A DNA stretch of 13,468 bases from Myxococcales bacterium (GTDB lineage: Bacteria; Myxococcota; Myxococcia; Myxococcales; Anaeromyxobacteraceae), in contig JBBQEB010000107.1 of the NCBI GenBank assembly GCA_038320275.1, positions 1 through 13,468 on the forward strand, given 5' to 3'. Below are positions 1 through 8,123 of this stretch, in pieces; position 1 is the stretch's first letter, and every line of letters starts with the position of its first letter. The translations under genes were made by a program, and so were the position numbers. The notes beneath the pieces are model-generated. The model was not told the DNA's origin and did not search any database. It worked only from the letters and a program-made list of their open reading frames with translations.

Positions 1-453
1 GAGGGCCGAAAGCAGGTCCTGGAGCGCGTCGAGGCGGACAGGGCTGTTTACCTTCAGGAGTGGGTCGAGCACCCGGGGCGTGACGCACGGTTGTTCGTGG
101 TGGGCGACAGGGTGACGGGGGCGATGGAGCGGCTGGCTCCAGCGGGGGAGTGGCGCACCAACGTGGAGCGGGGCGCGACGGTGCGTCCGCTCACGCCCGG
201 CCCGGCGATGACGGACATGGCCGTCCGGGCGGCGCGAGCGCTCGGGCTCGACTGGGCAGGTGTCGACGTGGTGACGGGCCCCGGCGGGCCCACGGTGCTC
301 GAGGTGAACGGGAACCCGGGCTGGCTCGGGATCCGAGAGGCGACGGGCGAGGACATGGCGGAGCCGATCGCGGGGCACGTGTGGGCCCGGGCGCGGCGGC
401 GGGTGGATCGGCAGGGGCTCACACAACGCGAGGCGAGGGCGGACCATGGCTGA
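1..453 (+). CDS. RimK-family ATP-grasp ligase (alpha-L-glutamate ligase-like), C-terminal part; 5' end lies outside the window
   Basis: Frame is open from base 1: EGRKQVLERVEADRAVYLQEWVEHPGRDARLFVVG...WRTNVERG...LGLDWAGVDVV...VLEVNGNPGW. These match RimK/LysX ATP-grasp motifs (YxQE, DxRxxVVG, xxTNxxRG, GVD, EVN). TGA at 451-453 overlaps the next ATG. Confidence 0.88.
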   Translation, partial: EGRKQVLERVEADRAVYLQEWVEHPGRDARLFVVGDRVTGAMERLAPAGEWRTNVERGATVRPLTPGPAMTDMAVRAARALGLDWAGVDVVTGPGGPTVLEVNGNPGWLGIREATGEDMAEPIAGHVWARARRRVDRQGLTQREARADHG

Positions 454-847
454 CGAGAAGAGCGACAAGAAGACTGCCAGCAAGGGCGCGATGACGGTCT
501 CCGAGGCGGGCCGCAAGGGCGGGGTCCGGGTGCGCGAGACGCGCGGGCGCAAGTTCTACGAGGAGATCGGCAAGAAGGGCGGCGAGACGGTCAAGGCCGA
601 GCGCGGGCGCAAGTTCTACGAGGAGATCGGCAAGAAGGGCGGCGACACGGTCAAGGCCGAGCGCGGCGCCCGCTTCTACGAGGAGATCGGCAAGAAGGGC
701 GGCGAGACCATCAAGGCCGAGCGCGGCACGCCCTTCTACGAGGAGATCGGCAGGAAGGGCGGGCACAAGGTCCGCGAGCTCATCGAGAAGGGCAAGGCAG
801 GCGCGCCCGAGCTGGGCGCGGGGGCCGCGGACGACCGCGGGAAGTGA
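446..847 (+). CDS. KGG-repeat general stress protein (GsiB/Em-like hydrophilin), 133 aa
   Basis: MTVSEAGRKGG followed by four 20-aa repeats RGxxFYEEIG(K/R)KGG, typical of GsiB/YciG KGG-motif proteins. GAGGG upstream of the ATG; overlaps the upstream gene by 8 bp. Confidence 0.92.
   Translation: MADEKSDKKTASKGAMTVSEAGRKGGVRVRETRGRKFYEEIGKKGGETVKAERGRKFYEEIGKKGGDTVKAERGARFYEEIGKKGGETIKAERGTPFYEEIGRKGGHKVRELIEKGKAGAPELGAGAADDRGK
541..765 (+). repeat. 60-bp coding tandem repeat, about 3.7 copies
   Basis: Units start at 541, 601, 661 and 721 (gcgcgg...ttctacgaggagatcggca(a/g)gaagggcgg...). The first two differ by one base. They encode the 20-aa KGG repeat. Confidence 0.95.
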
Positions 848-884
848 CCGCAAGGCCGGGTGACCGGCGGGGAGGATGCCGAGC

Positions 885-1091
885 ATGGATTCCGACGAGA
901 AGGGCAACGGGGCCGCGCGGGGGGATGGCGAGGCGGGCGCGCCTCGGCGCGCGATGACGGTGTCGGAGGCGGGGCGCAAGGGCGGGATCACCGTCCGTGA
1001 CGAGCGCGGCCACGCCTTCTACGAGGAGATCGGCCGCAAGGGCGGGCAGCGGGTGCGCGAGCTCATCGAGCGCGGCAAGGCGCGGTCGTAA
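885..1091 (+). CDS. Short KGG-repeat stress protein, paralog of the upstream gene (68 aa; alternative start 876)
   Basis: AMTVSEAGRKGG...RGHAFYEEIGRKGGQRVRELIERGKA. GGAGG at 871-875 lies 9 nt before ATG 885 but abuts ATG 876, favouring 885. Confidence 0.85.
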   Translation: MDSDEKGNGAARGDGEAGAPRRAMTVSEAGRKGGITVRDERGHAFYEEIGRKGGQRVRELIERGKARS

Positions 1092-1207
1092 GGGGAGGGA
1101 GGCGGCCCAGCTCGGCGCGGGAGAGGGCCGCCCTCTTCGCCATCGCCCGCCTCTCGCGCGAGCTGGCGCCGGGCAGGGGCGGAGGCCTTCTGCTACAACC
1201 GTCCGCC

Positions 1208-1831
1208 ATGCCGCCGGCACCGATCGTCGCCATCGATCCCCTTCACCCGCAGCCGAGGCTGGTGGAACGCGCCGTCCAGGCGCTCTCCTCGGGCGGGCTG
1301 GTCGCCTTCCCGACCGACACCTACTACGCGCTCGGCTGCGACCTCTTCGACAAGCGCGCCATCGAGCGCATCTACGCGCTGAAGAGGCTGCCCAAGTCGC
1401 ACGAGCTGTCGTTCCTGTGCGCCGACCTGGCGGAGGTCTCGCGCTACGCGGTCGTCGACAACGCGGCCTATCGCGTGCTCCGGCGCAAGACGCCCGGGCC
1501 GTTCACCTTCATCCTGCCCGCCACCCGCCTCGTCCCCGACCTCGTGCTGCGGCGTCAGAAGACGGTCGGCATCCGGCTCCCCGACAGCCCCATTGCGAGG
1601 GCCATCGTGTCGAGCCTCGCACACCCGGTCATCTCGACCTCCGCGGCCACCGAGGACGGCGAGGTGCTCATCGATCCGCGCGACATCAAGGAGCGGCTGG
1701 GCCACGGCCTCGAGCTCATCCTCGACGGCGGCTTCAAGCTGAGCGAGGCCTCCTCCATCGTCGACCTCACCGGCCCGGAGCCGGTCATCGTCCGGCAAGG
1801 GAAGGGCGACCTCTCCGACCTGTTCACGTAG
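1208..1831 (+). CDS. Sua5/YciO/YrdC-family protein (threonylcarbamoyl-AMP synthase fold), YciO-like subfamily, 207 aa
   Basis: HPQPRLVERAV, GGLVAFPTDTYYALGC, TPGPFTFIL, KTVGIRLPD, STS, LILDGG, SSIVDLT, RQGKG. No C-terminal SUA5 domain. Confidence 0.92.
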   Translation: MPPAPIVAIDPLHPQPRLVERAVQALSSGGLVAFPTDTYYALGCDLFDKRAIERIYALKRLPKSHELSFLCADLAEVSRYAVVDNAAYRVLRRKTPGPFTFILPATRLVPDLVLRRQKTVGIRLPDSPIARAIVSSLAHPVISTSAATEDGEVLIDPRDIKERLGHGLELILDGGFKLSEASSIVDLTGPEPVIVRQGKGDLSDLFT

Positions 1832-1873
1832 GGCGCCCAGAGACCTCGTGCATCACCTCCGCGCGCTGGGCCT

Positions 1874-2554
1874 TCATGCCGTACCGCGCGCCGCGCCAGT
1901 CCCGGCCGCCGGCTTGCGCGCCGTGAAGACGAACTGCCCGCCGCACCGCTCGGCCTTGCAGGCCGTGAACCCCACCCGCCGCATCATCCGCGAGAATCCG
2001 CCGGCCGTCTGGAAGCTGCGGTAGGTCCCCGCGCCGGGGAGCGGGATCAGTCGGCCCGCGGCGTGGAGCAGGACCCCGTTCGCGAGCGCATGGAGCGCCA
2101 CCGCGGCGAGCCGCGGCTTTCGGTGGCGGGCCGCGACCCACAGCTCCCGGAGCTCCATCACCGGGCGGTGAAGGACGAACCACACCCGGCCTCCGGGCCG
2201 CAGCACGCGGAAAATCTCCGAGACGGCGCGCGGGACGTCGGTGAAGGGCAGGGCCACCCGGCTCGTGACGAGGTCGAAGAGCTCCGAGCGGAAGGGCAGG
2301 CTCTCCGCCGCCCCGGCTGCGAGCTCCAGTTCGGGGAACATCGCCTTGCCGCGAGCCACCGCGGCGGGGTCGAGGTCCACGCCGCAGAGCCGCGCCCCCG
2401 CGTGGAACGGTGTCGCCACCAGCGTCTGGCCCACGCCGCAGCCGACGTCGAGCACGGTGCGGTCGTCCGCAGAGACCTCGGGCAGGGAGCGCCTCGGGTC
2501 GGAGGGGTCCCGCGCGATAGCGAGCTCCTGCAGGTGGTAGGCGATGTCGCTCAC
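1874..2554 (-). CDS. Class I SAM-dependent methyltransferase (Methyltransf_11-like), about 226 aa
   Basis: Motif I VLDVGCGVG, GVDLD, AESLPFRSELFDLV, EIFRVLRPGG. Start reassigned from 2629 to GTG 2554, which has GGGAGG 4 nt upstream. Confidence 0.88.
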   Translation of the reverse strand: MSDIAYHLQELAIARDPSDPRRSLPEVSADDRTVLDVGCGVGQTLVATPFHAGARLCGVDLDPAAVARGKAMFPELELAAGAAESLPFRSELFDLVTSRVALPFTDVPRAVSEIFRVLRPGGRVWFVLHRPVMELRELWVAARHRKPRLAAVALHALANGVLLHAAGRLIPLPGAGTYRSFQTAGGFSRMMRRVGFTACKAERCGGQFVFTARKPAAGTGAARGTA

Positions 2555-2621
2555 GGAGCCTCCCGCGCGCGGAGGGTGCGGACCCGGGCGCCGCGGCGAG
2601 ACTCTGCGCTCCACCGGCCTT

Positions 2622-2664
2622 CCGATCAACGTCGCCGCTCATCAGCGCCGATCAACGGCGCCGC
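2622..2664. repeat. 17-bp imperfect direct repeat, two copies, 26-bp period
   Basis: CCGATCAACGTCGCCGC (2622-2638) and CCGATCAACGGCGCCGC (2648-2664), one mismatch, in the intergenic region between the divergent methyltransferase and xerD. Confidence 0.8.
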
Positions 2665-2668
2665 GGAG

Positions 2669-2696
2669 TGGACGCTCGGCCGCCGCGCGGTAGTGT
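2669..2696 (+). promoter_or_regulatory. Putative sigma70-type promoter for xerD
   Basis: TGGACG (2669-2674) - 16 nt - TAGTGT (2691-2696), 6 nt before TTG 2703; no Shine-Dalgarno visible. Confidence 0.4.
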
Positions 2697-2702
2697 CGCC
2701 CC

Positions 2703-3602
<900 letters not shown>

Positions 3603-3642
3603 ATCGGCGCCTCACGCGGGCCGCTGCCAAGGTTCGCGAGCG

Positions 3643-3671
3643 TTGACCGGCCCTGGCCCCGCTGCTAAAAG
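3643..3671 (+). promoter_or_regulatory. Putative sigma70-type promoter for the S2P-trpS-scpAB-rluB operon
   Basis: TTGACC (3643-3648) - 17 nt - TAAAAG (3666-3671), with extended -10 TG at 3663-3664, in a locally AT-rich intergenic patch. GAGG precedes ATG 3696. Confidence 0.6.
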
Positions 3672-3695
3672 AACCGTCCTTCTTTTTCGAGGCTT

Positions 3696-4346
3696 ATGCT
3701 CGATGCAGCGTGGCTCCTGGATCGGGTGCCGTTCCTGATCCTCCTCATCCTGTCCCTCACCATCCACGAGTACTCCCACGCCTGGATGGCCTTCAGGCTG
3801 GGCGACGACACGGCTGCGCGCGCGGGACGGCTGACGCTGAACCCCCTCCCGCACATCGACCTCCTCGGCACCATCCTGCTTCCTCTCATGAACGCGCCGA
3901 TCGGCTGGGCGAAGCCGGTGCCTACCGACACCTCGCGCGTGCGAAGGGACATCACGGTCGCCACCGCCGACATCCTCGTCAGCTCGGTGGGTCCGCTCTC
4001 GAACCTCCTGTTCGGGTTCTTCGCGGCGGTGTTGCTCGGCCTCGTGGCCCGCTTCGCCCCGGCCTTCCTCGACTCCCCCGGCATCCTCCCCATGGCCCAG
4101 CAGCTCATCGGGCTGAACGCGGCGCTCTGCATCTTCAACCTCCTGCCCATTCCCCCCCTCGACGGCAGCCACGTCGCCCGGAGCCTCGTCCCGTACCGCT
4201 GGCGCGGCGGCTGGGACACCTTTGCCCGCTACGCCCCCTTCCTCCTGATCGCGCTCGTGCTCTTCGGGCGCAGGCTCCCCTTCCTCTTCGTCCCCATCCA
4301 GCTCCTCGCCGGTGCGATGCTGCGCGTGGCGCAGGCCATCGCGTGA
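3696..4346 (+). CDS. Site-2 protease family (peptidase M50) intramembrane zinc metalloprotease, no PDZ domain, 216 aa
   Basis: HEYSH (HExxH), GRLTLNPLPHID, GWAKPVP, GPLSN, FNLLPIPPLDG; several hydrophobic segments. Confidence 0.95.
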   Translation: MLDAAWLLDRVPFLILLILSLTIHEYSHAWMAFRLGDDTAARAGRLTLNPLPHIDLLGTILLPLMNAPIGWAKPVPTDTSRVRRDITVATADILVSSVGPLSNLLFGFFAAVLLGLVARFAPAFLDSPGILPMAQQLIGLNAALCIFNLLPIPPLDGSHVARSLVPYRWRGGWDTFARYAPFLLIALVLFGRRLPFLFVPIQLLAGAMLRVAQAIA

Positions 4347-4354
4347 GCGACTCC

Positions 4355-5371
<1,017 letters not shown>

Positions 5372-5386
5372 ACGGTGCGGGGCGCG

Positions 5387-6271
5387 ATGGCGAAGCGGAA
5401 GGTGAGAGAGGTTCTCGCGGAGGAGGGCGAGCGAGAGCTCGCGGGCGGGCGCGCCGCGGCAGATGCGTTCCGCGTCTCCCTGCCGCCGGTGCGCCCCGGC
5501 GAGCCGCCCTTCGAGGGACCGCTCGACCTGCTCCTGCATCTGGTGCGGGAGCACCAGGTGGACCTCTTCGACATTCCCATCGCGCGCATCACGGAGAGCT
5601 ACCTCGCCACCTTGAAGGAGCTCCACGGGCTCGACATCGACCTCGCGGGCGAGTTCCTGCACATGGCCGCGCAGCTCCTCCTCATGAAGAGCAAGCTCCT
5701 CCTCCCGCGGGACGAGGTGGCGGAAGATCCGGAGGGCGAGGGGGCGGGAGGAGATCCGCGCGCCGAGCTGGTCCGCAGGCTGCTCGAGTACCAGAAGTAC
5801 AAGTCCGCGGCAGAGGAGCTGGGCTCCCAGGACCTGCTCGACCGAGACGTGTTCGCCCGGCGGGTGCGAGCGCCGAGGGTGGAGCTGGAAGGGCCGGAGG
5901 GGCTGGCCGACGTCTCCGTCTTCAAGCTCATCGAGGCCCTCGACCGCGCCCTTCGCAACGCGCGCCCCGAGCTGCAGCTCGAGGTGGTGACCGAGCGCCT
6001 CTCCATCACCGACGCCATCGGGCGGGTGGCGGAGCTGCTCCGGGAGCGCGGGCGAGCGACCTTCGCCGAGCTGCTCGCGGGCGGGCGCGAAGGCGGGAGC
6101 ACCCGCTCCGAGATCGTGGCCACCTTCCTCGCGCTGCTGGAGATGGCGAAGCTGCGGCTGGTCCGCATCTTCCAGGCGCTCGCCGAGGCGGGGTCCGACG
6201 CCGAGATCATGGTGGAGGCGCGCGAGACCCTGGGCGAGGGCTCCGCGGCGGCGGTGGAGGACGACCGGTGA
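5387..6271 (+). CDS. scpA: Segregation and condensation protein A (kleisin), about 294 aa (alternative start 5375)
   Basis: FEGPLDLLLHLV, AGEFLHMAAQLLLMKSKLLLP, DPRAELVRRLLEYQKYK, IVATFLALLEM. Confidence 0.96.
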   Translation: MAKRKVREVLAEEGERELAGGRAAADAFRVSLPPVRPGEPPFEGPLDLLLHLVREHQVDLFDIPIARITESYLATLKELHGLDIDLAGEFLHMAAQLLLMKSKLLLPRDEVAEDPEGEGAGGDPRAELVRRLLEYQKYKSAAEELGSQDLLDRDVFARRVRAPRVELEGPEGLADVSVFKLIEALDRALRNARPELQLEVVTERLSITDAIGRVAELLRERGRATFAELLAGGREGGSTRSEIVATFLALLEMAKLRLVRIFQALAEAGSDAEIMVEARETLGEGSAAAVEDDR

Positions 6272-7248
6272 ACGAGGGAGGCGAGCGCGCCGGCGTCTCG
6301 GCGGAGGAGCTCCAGGCGCTGCAGGCCGTGGAGGACGCCAAGGGCGACCCTGCCCTCGATGGCGTCGAGCCCGCCTCCATCCAGGTGGGCGAGGAGGCGC
6401 GCGAGGAACCCTTCGAGAAGCTCGCGGCAGCGGCGAAGAAGCTCTCGCCGGAGCGGGTGCGGAGGACGGTCGAGGCGCTGCTCCTCCTCGCCGAGAAGCC
6501 GCTCACCACCGAGGAGGTGCGCGCCGCCAGCGGCATCGAGCTCGCCCGCGCGCGCAAGGCCTTCGACGAGCTCTCCGGGACCTATCGTGAGGGCGTCTCC
6601 GGCATCGTCCTGCACGAGGTGGCGGGCGGCTGGCAGCTTCGGTCCGCGCCGGAGGCGGCCGAGGTGGCTCGCCGCTTCCTGCGGGTGAAGCCTCAGCGGC
6701 TCACCCGCGCCGCCCTGGAGACCCTCGCCATCATCGCCTACCGCCAGCCGGTGACGCGGCCGGAGATCGAGGATGTCCGCGGGGTCGACAGCGGCGCGGT
6801 GGTGAAGGCGCTGCTCGAGCGCAAGCTCATCAAGATCCTGGGCAAGAAGGAGGAGCCGGGCCGGCCGATCCTGTATGGCACCTCCCGCGAGTTCCTCGAG
6901 TTCTTCGCGCTGAAGGACCTCGCCAGCCTGCCGACGCTGCGCGAGTTCCACGAGCTCTCGGAGGAGCACCGCGACATTGTGGAGAAGGAGGCGCCGGCGC
7001 CCCCCGGGATGGAGGGGCTGGTGGCCGAGCTCGCCGACCCCTCCCTGCGCGCGGTCCTGGAGGCGCGCCAGGCCGAAGGAGACGCCGCCCTGGACGACCT
7101 CGAGCGCGCCATGGCTGCTGCGGACGAGAAGACGCGCGCCGCCGCGGAGGCGCTCGACCCGAGACCGGTTGGACCACCGGCCACCCCGCCGGCGGCGGCC
7201 GCCTCGTCGGCTTCGCCGGAAGACGGATCGCAGGGAGCGCCCCCATGA
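6268..7248 (+). CDS. scpB: SMC-Scp complex subunit ScpB, about 326 aa
   Basis: 3' part of the 4312..7248 ORF: VEALL, EVAGGWQLRS, LTRAALETLAIIAYRQPVTRPEIEDVRGV, PGRPILYGTSREFLEFFALKDLASLP. GTG 6268 overlaps the scpA stop (GTGA), with GGAGG at 6256-6260. Confidence 0.95.
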   Translation: MNEGGERAGVSAEELQALQAVEDAKGDPALDGVEPASIQVGEEAREEPFEKLAAAAKKLSPERVRRTVEALLLLAEKPLTTEEVRAASGIELARARKAFDELSGTYREGVSGIVLHEVAGGWQLRSAPEAAEVARRFLRVKPQRLTRAALETLAIIAYRQPVTRPEIEDVRGVDSGAVVKALLERKLIKILGKKEEPGRPILYGTSREFLEFFALKDLASLPTLREFHELSEEHRDIVEKEAPAPPGMEGLVAELADPSLRAVLEARQAEGDAALDDLERAMAAADEKTRAAAEALDPRPVGPPATPPAAAASSASPEDGSQGAPP

Positions 7249-8123
7249 GCCAGCAGCGTCTGCAGAAGTTCCTCGCCGGAGCTGGCGTCGCCTCGCGGCG
7301 CAAGGCCGAGGTGCTGATCGCCGAGGGGCGGGTGACGGTGAACGCGATCCGTGTGACCGAGCCCGGCACCAAGGTCGACCCCGGACGCGACCTCGTGACG
7401 GTGGACGGAAAGCTCGTCTCCGCCCGCCAGGAGGAGCGCTACTACCTTCTTTACAAGCCGCCCGGCTGCGTCACGACGCTCTCGGATCCGGAGGGCCGCC
7501 CCACCGCGGCCTCCTATCTGGAGCGGGTGAAGGAGCGGGTCTTTCCGGTGGGCCGGCTCGACTACGACGCCGAGGGGGCGGTGCTCTTCACCACCGACGG
7601 CGAGCTCGCCAACCGGCTCGCGCACCCGCGTTACGGCCACGAACGCATCTACCTCGTCAAGGTGAAGGGGGAGCCCTCGCCCGAGCAGCTCGCGAAGATG
7701 CTCGCTGGCGTGCGGCTGGAGGACGGGCCGGCGCGGGCGCTGGAGGCCGACATCCACGAGCGCGCCGAGAAGAACGTCTGGGTGAGGGTGGCGGTGGGGG
7801 AGGGACGCTTCCACCTGGTGAAGCGGCTCTTCGAGGCGGTGGGGCTTCAAGTCCTGCGGCTGTTCCGGCCGGAGGTGGGCGGCATCTCGGTGGGGGGCCT
7901 GCGGCCCGGCCACTTCCGGCCGCTCTCCGACGACGAGGTGCGCGTGCTGCGAGAGAGCGCGGGCGGCGAGGTGAAGCCGCGCCCGAGGCGCGGGGCGGCG
8001 GGTGCGACGGCCGGCGCGAAGGAGCCCGCGGTTCGCCGCCCCCCTCGACGGCCTCTTCCCCGCGCGGCGCGCCGGCACGGCCACGGCCCTCCGGCGCCGC
8101 CCACGCCCAGCGTCAAGAAGTGA
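7245..8123 (+). CDS. rluB: RsuA-family rRNA pseudouridine synthase, RluB-like, 292 aa
   Basis: S4 domain RLQKFLAGAGVASRRKAE, YKPPGCVTTLSDPEGRPT, catalytic PVGRLDYDAEG, EGRFHLVKRLF. ATGA overlap with scpB; usual position after scpAB. Arg/Pro-rich tail. Confidence 0.9.
   Translation: MSQQRLQKFLAGAGVASRRKAEVLIAEGRVTVNAIRVTEPGTKVDPGRDLVTVDGKLVSARQEERYYLLYKPPGCVTTLSDPEGRPTAASYLERVKERVFPVGRLDYDAEGAVLFTTDGELANRLAHPRYGHERIYLVKVKGEPSPEQLAKMLAGVRLEDGPARALEADIHERAEKNVWVRVAVGEGRFHLVKRLFEAVGLQVLRLFRPEVGGISVGGLRPGHFRPLSDDEVRVLRESAGGEVKPRPRRGAAGATAGAKEPAVRRPPRRPLPRAARRHGHGPPAPPTPSVKK

Noticed and set aside
541..765. Regular repeats as a CRISPR array
   Set aside because: Units are contiguous 60-bp in-frame coding repeats with no unique spacers, and there are no cas genes.
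3696..4346. Site-2 protease as the dedicated protease for the nearby anti-sigma factor
   Set aside because: It sits in a separate, oppositely oriented operon with trpS/scpAB, a common context for this PDZ-less subfamily; proximity alone is not evidence.
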